A stretch of 64,000 bases of DNA from Candidatus Caldarchaeales archaeon (GCA_039630055.1 JBCNVN010000001.1:1-64000), one strand, 5' to 3'. Shown: positions 9,485-19,251, counted from the stretch's first letter. Notes: generated by a model from the sequence alone, not told the origin. Numbers and translations: made by a program.

Positions 9485-10684
9485 TTGGGTAGAAAGTTAT
9501 CACTGGAAGAACAACCTTGGTGTATTGATAAGACTACTGGGAAAGTCTTCATTAATAAAGGTGTCGAGAACGTCTGTATAGATAAGAGTACGATATGCTT
9601 TATAGATGGATTCCATAGCAAACTATACTATAGAGGTTACAGCATAGAAGATTTAGCCCAGAATAGTACATATGAAGAAGTAGTATATCTTCTTCTATAC
9701 GATAAGCTTCCGAATAGAAGAGAACTAGCAGATTTTAGAGGATGGATGAGAGAGGAGAGAGACATTCCGAGAGATGTGGTTGAGCTCCTCTGCAAGATTC
9801 CGAGAGATGTTGAACCGATGGAGGTCCTTAGAACCGCAGTCTCATATCTTGGAAATCTAGATCCGGGAAGACATGATACTAGTAGGGAGGCCATGGTTAG
9901 AAAGACTATTAGGCTAGTATCTAAGATACCTACTATCATCGCATACTGGCATAGAATAAGGAGTAACCAAGCAATAGTAGAACCTGATCCTAGAATGGAT
10001 CATGCAGAAAACTTTCTATACATGATGCATTGTGAGAAGCCCGACACCCTATCCATACGAGCGATGGATGTCTCAAATGTTCTATTAGCTGAGCACGAGA
10101 TGAATGCTTCCGCATTCACCGCGGTCGTAATAGCATCTACACTCAGTGATTACTATAGTGCGATAGTTGGAGCGATAGGAGCTCTTAGAGGGCCACTTCA
10201 TGGATATGCGAACGTGGCCGCTATGAGGCAATTTGAAGAGATAGGCAGTCCAGATAATGTTGAGAAGTGGTATAGAGAGAATATCTTGACAGGTAAGAAG
10301 AGGGTTATGGGTGCGGGCCACAGAGTATACAAGACGTATGATCCTAGAGCTAAGGTTTTCAGAGACTATGCAAAGCAGTTTGCTGATAAGATGGGTGGTA
10401 GGGTTAAAGAATTCTATGAGATAGCTAATAAGCTTGAAGATTTTGTAATGAGAGAACTTTGTGAAACTAGGAATATATGTACTAACTGCGACTTCTGGAG
10501 TGGGATCGTATACTATGCTCTGAAGATACCCATAGATCTATATTGTACATTGTTTGTAGCGTCTAGAACGATAGGATGGTCTGCACATATACTAGAGTAT
10601 ATAGCCGATAACAGGATTATCAGGCCTAGACTCTACTATGATGGTGAAGTCGATAAAGAATACATACCGATAGAGAATAGATGA
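9485..10684 (+). CDS. gltA: Citrate (or 2-methylcitrate) synthase
   Basis: LYYRGY, EHEMNAS, GPLHG, MGAGHRVYKTYDPR, N-x-DF, RIIRP. Confidence 0.92.
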   Translation: MGRKLSLEEQPWCIDKTTGKVFINKGVENVCIDKSTICFIDGFHSKLYYRGYSIEDLAQNSTYEEVVYLLLYDKLPNRRELADFRGWMREERDIPRDVVELLCKIPRDVEPMEVLRTAVSYLGNLDPGRHDTSREAMVRKTIRLVSKIPTIIAYWHRIRSNQAIVEPDPRMDHAENFLYMMHCEKPDTLSIRAMDVSNVLLAEHEMNASAFTAVVIASTLSDYYSAIVGAIGALRGPLHGYANVAAMRQFEEIGSPDNVEKWYRENILTGKKRVMGAGHRVYKTYDPRAKVFRDYAKQFADKMGGRVKEFYEIANKLEDFVMRELCETRNICTNCDFWSGIVYYALKIPIDLYCTLFVASRTIGWSAHILEYIADNRIIRPRLYYDGEVDKEYIPIENR

Positions 10685-10692
10685 AGACTCAA

Positions 10693-10712
10693 CCTTCTCT
10701 CTTCTTCTTTTT
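10693..10712 (+). terminator. Pyrimidine/oligo-T archaeal terminator after gltA
   Basis: CCTTCTCTCTTCTTCTTTTTT immediately after the stop codon. Confidence 0.5.
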
Positions 10713-10829
10713 TATCTAAAAAACTATAAGCTAAAAATTATAACATAGATTTAGAATATCATCTTATTCTCTATCTCTCTTCTTCTTTAATCTTATCTTT
10801 AATGTCATATGCCTATCCCTCGTGAATAG

Positions 10830-11310
10830 TCAAGCCGAGATGACTAGTAAGAATAAAGCATAGATCCCTATAACTGTAATAGAGGATAGACCTTCCAAGA
10901 TCTCTCCTAAGATTACGTAATCTATTGCTCTGAAGAAGTGGGTGTAGGGGTTTAACATCATAAGTAGGTAGACCGGGTAGTAGGATTCTTCTAAGTTTAC
11001 GAAGACTGTAATAGAGAATGATGGAGACATTGGTGGAGATGTTGCTGCACCAACCAGTTGCTGGGCACCTCTAACATCTTCAGCTATTACACCTATGAGT
11101 ATACCTATAGATATAGTTGATATCATTGCTGTAAATATTGTGGCCATCGAGATTACTACTCCTAACAGGGTTTCAAGACTGTGGCCAGTATTCTTAGAGT
11201 AGTCGTCCTACCTACAACGTTAGGTTCAACCAATCCAAAGATCTCTCCAGGTTCTACTTTGAAGCTCATCCTTTCCGATACATATCTTTCGTCAAACTTC
11301 TAGAGATCGA
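10830..11310 (-). pseudogene. Remnant of an ABC-2 exporter: decayed ATPase N-terminus joined to permease C-terminus
   Basis: Minus strand 11269-11162 reads MSFKVEPGEIFGLVEPNVVGRTTTLRILATVLKPC* (decayed Walker A GPNGAGKTT), then another frame gives the ABC-2 permease tail (EDVRGAQQL, LNPYTHF). Confidence 0.75.
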
Positions 11311-11392
11311 CTTTTAGATTCTTTTTGGAGAGAACTCGGGTTGGTTCTCTTCAAGCTATCGTTTTCCAAAAAGTTATATATCGGCTTCGATA

Positions 11393-12205
11393 ATGCTAGT
11401 GAAAATGATTGTTGTAGGTATTGTAGGAGCTGGACAGATAGGCTCTGCTATAGCGAAGATACTTGCTGAGTCTGGAAGGTATCATGTTATCGCTTCTAGG
11501 AGGAATATCTTGAAGATTAGTGAGCTTGAGAGGCTAGGTGTGGAGCTTACCAAAGATAATAGATTTCTAGCTTCTAGATCTGATATAGTGATACTCTCTG
11601 TTAAACCACATAAGGTGGTGGATGTATTGAGAGAGATCTCAGAAGATGTGGTTGGGAAGATCGTTATCTCGGTTGCAGCGGCTATACCTATAAGTAGCTT
11701 GGTTGAGGCTGCTCCGGGGGCGAAGATAGTTAGAGCTATGCCTAACATCGCTATTCTAGTGAGGGGTAGTTTTACAGCATACTCTATCGGGCCCAATCTG
11801 GATAGTGAAGATATAGCTAGGGTTAAAGAGTTGTTTAATCTAGTAGGTGAATCTATTGAAGTAGATGAAGAGCTTATGGATGCTATCACAGCTTTAAGCG
11901 GTAGTGGGCCAGCCTATGTCTCAACCTTGATCGAGGCCATGGCATATGCTGGGCTAAAGGTAGGTCTACCGAGAGAGCTAGCATACTATTCTGCAGCCTA
12001 TACAGTTTATGGTTCAGCTAAGCTCTATCTAGATACAAAGCTCCATCCATCTATAATAAAAGAGATGGTTTTAACGCCTGCCGGGGTTACGGTTGAAGGG
12101 ATATTCTATCTAGAGGAAGGTGGGATAAGGACGGCTATAATGAAGGCTGTTGAGGCAGCAACCAAGAGGGCGAGAGAGATAGCTGAGAAACTAAACAAGA
12201 GGTGA
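11393..12205 (+). CDS. proC: Pyrroline-5-carboxylate reductase
   Basis: GAGQIG, LSVKP, RAMPN, TALSGSGPAY, TPAGVT. Confidence 0.95.
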   Translation: MLVKMIVVGIVGAGQIGSAIAKILAESGRYHVIASRRNILKISELERLGVELTKDNRFLASRSDIVILSVKPHKVVDVLREISEDVVGKIVISVAAAIPISSLVEAAPGAKIVRAMPNIAILVRGSFTAYSIGPNLDSEDIARVKELFNLVGESIEVDEELMDAITALSGSGPAYVSTLIEAMAYAGLKVGLPRELAYYSAAYTVYGSAKLYLDTKLHPSIIKEMVLTPAGVTVEGIFYLEEGGIRTAIMKAVEAATKRAREIAEKLNKR

Positions 12206-12314
12206 AGGATTTAGCGGGGCATATCTATAGATTTTTTATAAGGGTTATTATGATAGATCTATGGCCTCTTCTAGTATTATGGTTTTATAGAGGTAGGAGC
12301 AATATAGATTGTGA

Positions 12315-12429
12315 AGCCCGGTCGTCTAGCGGTCAAACAGAATGGTCAGATTATGGACTAAGGATCTCGGGCTCTGGATCTATTGGGAGGAGAACCCCGG
12401 GGACGCCGGTTCGAATCCGGCCCGGGCTA
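12315..12429 (+). tRNA. tRNA-Gln(CTG) with two introns (12337-12361 at 21/22; 12378-12394 at 37/38)
   Basis: AGCCCGG/CCGGGCT acceptor, TCGGG-CT-CTG-G|C-CCCGG, GCCGG-TTCGAAT-CCGGC; both inserts form BHB central helices (GGTC/GACT and CTCT/GGAG). Confidence 0.92.
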
Positions 12430-12604
12430 TAACAATATTATTCTTCAAGAGTCCTTTATATTATGTAATACTTTGAGCTAGGTAATACATAATATTTATT
12501 AGTTGGTTGATCTCCTTTATATATGAATTCCCAGAATAGGGAACTTCCAAAGATTAGAATCGTGAATGCCTAGACAAAGGCTTAAAGAGGCAGAAAACAA
12601 TACG
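12430..12604 (+). promoter_or_regulatory. Putative CRISPR leader
   Basis: AT-rich non-coding stretch with TATA-like TTTATATA near 12516, on the side opposite the degenerate terminal repeat. Confidence 0.65.
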
Positions 12605-13811
12605 GAATCTCATAGAGAGAATTGAAAGCTCCACCTCGAGCAGAGCTCTAACCCTCGCCGCCTTCCCCTCTAGAATCTCATAGAGAGAATTGAAAGGTGA
12701 AACAAGTAGTATACTCTTGGGTAGTCCGCCTTCACCTCGTGAATCTCATAGAGAGAATTGAAAGATGCAGCAAACATTCCGGCAGGCAACTACTATCTTA
12801 GAATACTGAATCTCATAGAGAGAATTGAAAGTCTACATAAAAGCTTAGAGGCTTATTCAGAATGGTTTTAAGAATCTCATAGAGAGAATTGAAAGTCTAT
12901 GGTCGTCATCACTCATAAAAATATATGGAATACCTATGGAATCTCATAGAGAGAATTGAAAGAGGGGTAGGGGCTTGAGGGGTTGAGGTAACCCCTACAG
13001 CGAATCTCATAGAGAGAATTGAAAGATTCTCAGGTCTTCCTGCGATGTTCTCTCAGTGCTCCACCTTGAGAATCTCATAGAGAGAATTGAAAGTACTCCC
13101 ATTGGATGATCTTGTTAGGTCTAAAGAATGTTGTGAATCTCATAGAGAGAATTGAAAGCCACAGATCTTCGGGGCCATAGTAAGACTGGCTAAATATGAA
13201 TCTCATAGAGAGAATTGAAAGTCTGGATGAATTCCTCAGGCTTAAAAAACATGTAGTCTTTCGAATCTCATAGAGAGAATTGAAAGGAATAATTCAATAG
13301 ATAGTATGCTGACAGGTATGCTGCTATCAGAATCTCATAGAGAGAATTGAAAGATGCTAAAGCCATAGTGGTTACGCTAGCCTTACTCTTCTTCGAATCT
13401 CATAGAGAGAATTGAAAGTTGACTGGTTGTAGGAAGTTAAATATATATTTGCCTGATGAATCTCATAGAGAGAATTGAAAGTCCTCAGTAGGCTTATTCA
13501 CAAAATTGTATGGAGTTCTGAATCTCATAGAGAGAATTGAAAGTCTTTAATTATTTCTCTGAGAAGTCCTAGGTCTTCATCAATGAATCTCATAGAGAGA
13601 ATTGAAAGAAAACACTAAATCTTTTCCGAAAACATTCTTCCATTTTTTTCCGGAATCTCATAGAGAGAATTGAAAGTATCCCCATTAGGATAAATAGGTG
13701 GTTCTACAACATCTATACCAGAATCTCATAGAGAGAATTGAAAGTTGCACATTTCACGAATACTGTTAATGTATGCTTTGTCGTAGGGAATCTCATAGAG
13801 AGAATTGAGGG
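12605..13811 (+). CRISPR. CRISPR array, 19 repeats (GAATCTCATAGAGAGAATTGAAAG, 24 nt) and 18 spacers of about 38-44 nt
   Basis: 18 identical repeats plus a degenerate last copy ending TTGAGGG; 3' ATTGAAAG handle typical of archaeal type I/III arrays. Confidence 0.99.
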
Positions 13812-13860
13812 TTTTTAGGTTAAATACTGGTTCTCAGATTATCTTCTAGGATTATACGGT

Positions 13861-14307
13861 ATGGCTAGGATGCATGCTAGGAGAAGGGGTAGGGCAGGTT
13901 CTAAGAGACCTATCAGTAGGCTTCCTCCCTCATGGCTAAAGATCACCCCTGAAGAGGTTGAGGCTCTAGTCGTTAAATATGCTAAAGAAGGTTATCCTCC
14001 CAGCTTGATAGGTATAGTATTGAGAGACCGGCATGGTGTCCCCCTAGTCAAGCAGGTTACGGGAAAGACTATCAAAGAGATCCTTGAAGAGAATAATGTT
14101 AAACCCCAGATACCTGAAGACTTGATGAACCTACTTGAGAGGGCTAGAAGGATGAGGATCCACTTAGAGAGGAACAAGTCTGATAAATACAATAGGCATA
14201 GGCTTCAGCTTGTCGAGGCAAAGATCCATAGACTCGTTAAATATTATAAGAGGTTGGGTGAACTGTCGGAAGATTGGGAGCCCAGGCTCGTCTATGCTTA
14301 TAGATAG
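13861..14307 (+). CDS. rps15: 30S ribosomal protein S15 (uS15/S13e)
   Basis: MARMHARRRG, IGIVLRDRHGVP, IPEDL, KIHRLVKYYK. Confidence 0.97.
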   Translation: MARMHARRRGRAGSKRPISRLPPSWLKITPEEVEALVVKYAKEGYPPSLIGIVLRDRHGVPLVKQVTGKTIKEILEENNVKPQIPEDLMNLLERARRMRIHLERNKSDKYNRHRLQLVEAKIHRLVKYYKRLGELSEDWEPRLVYAYR

Positions 14308-14357
14308 GTCGATCTGGTATAGTATAGGTCTAGGTCAAGTCCTGATCTTCTAGAAGG

Positions 14358-15788
14358 ATGATCCCGATGGGTTATAAAGGATTCATAGATCTGGTTAATG
14401 AGTCTGTAGATAGGATTAGAGAATATATAGATGGCGGTAGGGCTTTTAATATATTCTGCCATATAGATGCTGACGGTATCTCTTCTGGAGCTATCGTTTC
14501 CGTCATGCTCTTGAGAGCCGGTTCAAGATTCACCATTAGGTCTGTGAGAAGCATAGAAGAGATATTCGCGGCAATCCCACATATCCCAGCCGACTCGGTT
14601 ATAATCTTGACAGATATCGGGAGCGGTTACCTAAATAGCTTGAAGGAGAGGTTTATAGATAGAGATCTCATAATACTGGATCATCATCAACCCGATGGAG
14701 AAGCTTTGGAGAAATGGATACACTTAAACCCACACCTATGCGGTATAGATGGTTCAAGAGAGGTGAGTAGCTCCGGCGTATCATACCTAGCCTCCAAGAC
14801 TCTTAGAGAAGAGAATATAACTCTATCTCCACTCGCTATAGTTGGAGCTCTAGGAGACCTCCAAGATAAATCTTCTGAGAAGAGAGAGTTGAGAGGACTT
14901 AACAAGATGATAGTTGAAGATGCTGTAAATGCGGGTTTAATAAGAGTCATGGACGACCTACTCTTCTATGGTAGAAGCTATAGACCTATACATCTCGCCC
15001 TAGCTTCAACAACCAGCCCATATATTCCGACCATATCTGGAAATGAAGCCCATGCTGTAAGCTTCCTAAATTCTCTTAAGATAAAGCTTAAAGAAGATGA
15101 TAGGTGGAGGGTCTTCGCCGAGCTAGATGAAGAAGAGAAGAAGACGATATATAATGGCCTGATGAAGTATCTCTCCTCAATAAATTTTCAACCGAGCATT
15201 GTAAAAGAGTTGGTGGGTAAGGTTTACGAGCTTACCAAGGAAGAAGACTGGACACCCTTGAAGGATGCTAGAGAGTTTGCATCTCTATTAAATGCTTGTG
15301 GTAAGACTGGGAATGAATGGGTAGGTATAGCTGTGGCCATGGGGTCGAGGGGTGAGCTACTCCTACAAGCTCAAAAGATCTTAGAAGATTATAGGAGAAA
15401 GCTATCAGAGTTGTTGGAGAACTTGGTTAAGAAAGAGGCTTGGCAAGAGCTTAGAAATATAATCGCGATCGATGTCGGATCTTCTGTCGATGATAGAATG
15501 GTTAGCTCAGCCTCATCTATACTATCATCTTCTGAACTCTTACCAGAGGATAAACCGTTGATAATGATGGCCACGAGAGAAGATAGGGTGAAGGTATCTG
15601 CAAGAGCTTCTAGAAAATTAACGGCTAGAGGGATTAATCTTGGACTGGTTATGAAGAAGGCTGCAGAGAGGGTGGGCGGGGTTGGTGGAGGCCATGACGT
15701 GGCCGCAGGTGCAGAGATACCCCTAGGAAAGAAGACCATGTTCCTGGCCGAGGTAGATTCTATTGTCGGAGAAGAGCTTAAAAGTTAA
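14358..15788 (+). CDS. Archaeal RecJ/DHH-DHHA1 phosphoesterase
   Basis: HIDADG, DIGSG, DHH, GGGHDVAAGA; conserved position after rps15. Confidence 0.9.
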   Translation: MIPMGYKGFIDLVNESVDRIREYIDGGRAFNIFCHIDADGISSGAIVSVMLLRAGSRFTIRSVRSIEEIFAAIPHIPADSVIILTDIGSGYLNSLKERFIDRDLIILDHHQPDGEALEKWIHLNPHLCGIDGSREVSSSGVSYLASKTLREENITLSPLAIVGALGDLQDKSSEKRELRGLNKMIVEDAVNAGLIRVMDDLLFYGRSYRPIHLALASTTSPYIPTISGNEAHAVSFLNSLKIKLKEDDRWRVFAELDEEEKKTIYNGLMKYLSSINFQPSIVKELVGKVYELTKEEDWTPLKDAREFASLLNACGKTGNEWVGIAVAMGSRGELLLQAQKILEDYRRKLSELLENLVKKEAWQELRNIIAIDVGSSVDDRMVSSASSILSSSELLPEDKPLIMMATREDRVKVSARASRKLTARGINLGLVMKKAAERVGGVGGGHDVAAGAEIPLGKKTMFLAEVDSIVGEELKS

Positions 15789-16038
15789 AGCATCCGCTAC
15801 TTTAAGTCTAGAGTTTAAAGATCTAGAGGAGGCGATGATAGCATTAAGAGCTATTCAGCCAGATAATTATCCTCTCCCTAGCGGCCTCTCGATACATATG
15901 GAGGCTGAAGGATGTAAAGTATATGTTTACATTGAGTCGAGTAGGACGATAAGATCAGTTCTAGCTACTCTAGATGATGTATTGGCGATGATGAATCTGT
16001 CTATAAGATCAGCTTCTATACTAGATAGAAAATTCTAG
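15763..16038 (+). CDS. pcc1: KEOPS complex subunit Pcc1
   Basis: AIQPDN and RSVLATLDDVL motifs; rps15-RecJ-pcc1 synteny. Confidence 0.82.
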   Translation: MSEKSLKVKASATLSLEFKDLEEAMIALRAIQPDNYPLPSGLSIHMEAEGCKVYVYIESSRTIRSVLATLDDVLAMMNLSIRSASILDRKF

Positions 16039-16487
16039 ATACTGCATATACTGTACTTGGATAGACGTTTATGTGAAGATCTATCTGGAAGCATATATCC
16101 ACAAGGACATGATTTAGGTCTTCCAAGCTTCTCCCATATATCGTCTACCACCTCTCTCGAGAAGACATCCTCTATCTTCCAGCTTATCCTACATGAATCT
16201 CTCAGCGGGGTTCCTAGAGAGTATAATGCAGCCTCCAAGACACCATGCTTCCAAAGCTTCTCAACCACTAAGTGTTCACCATAACTGGTCAATCTAAATC
16301 TTCTACCAACTTTTACTACTAAACCCATCCTTGACAGTTTCTTTATCATGAGTGAAGCAGTCGACTTCGATACCTTTAATTCCTCAACTATCTGCTTGTT
16401 CCTCGCATATCCATCCTCCATAGACCTTCTAAATATTGTTAAGAGATATTCTAGTTCTCTTGCACTAATCTTATGTACGTCTACCAT
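16035..16487 (-). CDS. DtxR/MntR-family metal-dependent repressor
   Basis: EYLLTIF, wHTH LKVSKSTASLMIKKL, KHGVLE, PKSCPCG; last gene of the metal ABC operon. Confidence 0.85.
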   Translation of the reverse strand: MVDVHKISARELEYLLTIFRRSMEDGYARNKQIVEELKVSKSTASLMIKKLSRMGLVVKVGRRFRLTSYGEHLVVEKLWKHGVLEAALYSLGTPLRDSCRISWKIEDVFSREVVDDIWEKLGRPKSCPCGYMLPDRSSHKRLSKYSICSI

Positions 16488-17277
16488 AAACCGTTACACC
16501 TAAGACCGCTATAATAGATGTTAATCCTACTCCGCCGCTTGGAGGGATGGCCATCAGGCTGGCTAGAAGGTATCCGGCCACCATGATCATCACCCCTAGT
16601 AGATAAGAGGCTGAAATATTAAGTCTTCTAAATAATCTCATATAGATGATCCCTGGGATGGCGAGTATAACATGGGTTGCTAGTACACCGATGGTAGATG
16701 ATAGGATCGATGAAGAGATGGCGGTCAAGCTATAGAAGACATATCTGTAGAATCTTATATTCAAACCCATGGCCTCAGCTCCATCCGGGTCGAATGCTAT
16801 GTATTTAAACTCTTTGAATAAGAGATGGGTGGTTGGGACCACTATAGATAATCCGAGGAGTAATCTCAAGATATCCTCGATAGAGCTTATAGTCGATGTT
16901 CCAGCGATGTATGCCCAAGCTTTAGCGAAGGCTATACTGGAGACGAGGCTGGACAAGTATCCAAAGATTATAGTCATAGTGGTTGCAATCGATACTGAGA
17001 AGGCTATAGACATATCTTCTGAGAACCCTCTCTCCATGAGCTCACCCACTATGATCGATAGAGTGATCGCGGTTAAGGTGGATACCAATGGTACTGGGAT
17101 CGGTAGGTCGTATAGAGCGCTTAGATAGACGCCTAAGAGGCTTCCTCCCAAGATCGAGTGGAGAAGCGTTAACCCAAAAGTTACACTTCTCGAGGTTGTG
17201 AGAGGGATGCTTATAGAGCCTACTAGGAGACCGCTCAGGGCAGCGACGATATAGTTTACAATCAGTATCTCAAGCAT
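16471..17277 (-). CDS. Zn/Mn ABC transporter permease (ZnuB-like)
   Basis: Polytopic, LLHSILGG, AFDPDGAEAMGL. Confidence 0.88.
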   Translation of the reverse strand: MLEILIVNYIVAALSGLLVGSISIPLTTSRSVTFGLTLLHSILGGSLLGVYLSALYDLPIPVPLVSTLTAITLSIIVGELMERGFSEDMSIAFSVSIATTMTIIFGYLSSLVSSIAFAKAWAYIAGTSTISSIEDILRLLLGLSIVVPTTHLLFKEFKYIAFDPDGAEAMGLNIRFYRYVFYSLTAISSSILSSTIGVLATHVILAIPGIIYMRLFRRLNISASYLLGVMIMVAGYLLASLMAIPPSGGVGLTSIIAVLGVTVYGRRT

Positions 17278-18037
17278 GGTCTTCTCCTATGATAAATCCT
17301 TGGGGAACCTCTGTTATCCCTGGATAGGCTCTCTTCAATATCTCCAACCTCAATACTTCATCTACTCTACCTATAGCATATATCTTCTTGTTTAGTAGGA
17401 TTACTAGTGGATTGTATGCTATGCACGGGCTTATCTCGTGGGCCACGAGAAGGATGTCGACCCCCATCCTAGAGTGAATTCTACTAAGTAGACCCGCTAT
17501 CTCACATTTTATATCGAAGTCTAACATCGAGAATGGTTCATCTAAGAGGAGGAGCCTAGCCCCTCTCACCATCGCTCTCGCTATAAGTACCCTCTGTCTC
17601 TCACCACCACTTAGCTCTGAGAATAATCTTTCAGAGTATCCTTCTAGCTCAACAAGCCTTAGAGCATCTTCAACCTCTTCTTCAATCTTTCTATTGAATA
17701 TCCTAGGAGGAACGGATTTACTAATGATGCCCATAGAGATGACTTCTCTAACGGTTACTGGAACATGTAGATTTATATTTACGATCTGTGGAACGTAGCC
17801 TACGAACCGCCTAATCTTATTATATTCTCTAACGGAGTCATAGCCATACACTTTGACCATTCCTGAACTGGGTTTTATCATACCGATTATACACTTGAGT
17901 AAAGTTGTCTTGCCGGCTCCATTCGGCCCCATAACCACCGTCAGAAAAGGCGAGTCCAACTTAAATGAAATATTATCCAGTGCCTTCAAACCATCAAACG
18001 TTACGGTTAAGCCGTCTACTGTCAATTCACCTACCAA
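17270..18037 (-). CDS. Zn/Mn ABC transporter ATPase (ZnuC-like)
   Basis: GPNGAGKTT, GYVPQ, LSGGERQR, LLLDEP. Confidence 0.92.
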   Translation of the reverse strand: MVGELTVDGLTVTFDGLKALDNISFKLDSPFLTVVMGPNGAGKTTLLKCIIGMIKPSSGMVKVYGYDSVREYNKIRRFVGYVPQIVNINLHVPVTVREVISMGIISKSVPPRIFNRKIEEEVEDALRLVELEGYSERLFSELSGGERQRVLIARAMVRGARLLLLDEPFSMLDFDIKCEIAGLLSRIHSRMGVDILLVAHEISPCIAYNPLVILLNKKIYAIGRVDEVLRLEILKRAYPGITEVPQGFIIGEDHA

Positions 18038-19085
18038 TTCTCCTCAACCTGATTATCAAGAAGATGACCATCACGGTCAAGACTATGTTAACTATGATAG
18101 AAAGCCATAGTAGGGTGAATGGGTCGATTAGCGGGACATTCGAATAGGTAGAGGTAGGTGATTGAGATGATATTAGAACTGATGCTGATAGAGAGATTAG
18201 TTCAGGGGTATCATAGAAGATGGCAACAGGCACAACGACATATCGTAGGTTCTCTCTTCTGAGTAGATCGATTAGCTTCTGATTCTTCACGGCTTCCTCA
18301 TCGGTGAATATAACAAGATCTGCATCTCCATTTTTCAATCTTGTAAACATGTTCGAGATATCTCTCTCGGATGGTTCTATATCATGTTCACTTACGACGA
18401 TATCAACCTGCTCAAGTCCTAAATCGTTGATAAGGTACTGGAGGATCGGAGAGTATATGATAACTCTGTAATGCTTATCCAACGTGGCTCTAATCTTCTT
18501 CTCCAAACTATCGATGCTTTCCAAATACTTCGACAGTCTTCCACGATAATATTCTGAATAATCTCTATCGATCTCAGCGAGGCTGGATGCGACTGTAGAG
18601 GCTATGGCCCTCAATCCACTTATTGAGTAATAGTAACCATGTGGATTGAGATCGTTCGTCTTCGGATTTACTAGCTGTTTCAACCCATTATCTACATAGT
18701 CTCCATATCCTACTAATTTAACCCTTAAAAGTCCCTCTTCAACCAACTCGTAGATTTTTTCTTCAACTATTAGGTGGTGCCGACCACTCACAACCAGCAA
18801 TCTTGCTTGAGACAACTTTTCTATAAGCGTACCTGTAGGAGGCTCATAATCATGTGGGTCAACATTAGGCGGTATAATCGTTATGACATCTACTCTCTCT
18901 CCACCTATCTCTCTAACTACGGAGGCTATAGGTTCTACCACCGTAACAACCGTTATCTTGCCGACTTCAGCCTCATCAATTCCAAGAGATACAGATGAAC
19001 CTTTTAAGATAGATATGAGGAAAAGTGGTATTATTAATATTGAGAGATGTCGATGTCTGTTATCTTTCTTCAAGAAGTGTTCCAT
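18027..19085 (-). CDS. Zn/Mn ABC substrate-binding protein (cluster A-I) with C-terminal TM anchor
   Basis: DPHDYEP and NPHGYY metal-binding His motifs, signal peptide, C-terminal hydrophobic helix. Confidence 0.88.
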   Translation of the reverse strand: MEHFLKKDNRHRHLSILIIPLFLISILKGSSVSLGIDEAEVGKITVVTVVEPIASVVREIGGERVDVITIIPPNVDPHDYEPPTGTLIEKLSQARLLVVSGRHHLIVEEKIYELVEEGLLRVKLVGYGDYVDNGLKQLVNPKTNDLNPHGYYYSISGLRAIASTVASSLAEIDRDYSEYYRGRLSKYLESIDSLEKKIRATLDKHYRVIIYSPILQYLINDLGLEQVDIVVSEHDIEPSERDISNMFTRLKNGDADLVIFTDEEAVKNQKLIDLLRRENLRYVVVPVAIFYDTPELISLSASVLISSQSPTSTYSNVPLIDPFTLLWLSIIVNIVLTVMVIFLIIRLRRIGR

Positions 19086-19093
19086 ATCCTTCT

Positions 19094-19114
19094 AAGTTTT
19101 ATTGAATAAAACTT
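19094..19114. promoter_or_regulatory. Perfect 21-bp palindrome, candidate DtxR-family operator
   Basis: AAGTTTTATT-G-AATAAAACTT, 8 nt upstream of the binding-protein ATG and just downstream of a TTTAAATA box on the minus strand. Confidence 0.75.
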
Positions 19115-19251
19115 CTATTTAAATCTGCTAAACTTACCAGTTGAATCCATCAATCGTAGAGTTTTTAGTGAGTTTACTTTAGAAAATAGTGTTCCGTAGA
19201 AGCTTAATTCTTAAGTAGTCCTGATAACGATCTAGTGAGTAAGGGTGTTTT

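Noticed and set aside
12202-12432. 76-aa ORF after proC, and the 62-aa ORF at 8512-8700
   Set aside because: They overlap tRNA-Gln and tRNA-His respectively and are by-products of GC-rich tRNA sequence
12629-13787. Self-targeting spacers
   Set aside because: No match to the window noticed by eye; a BLASTn would be needed to exclude it
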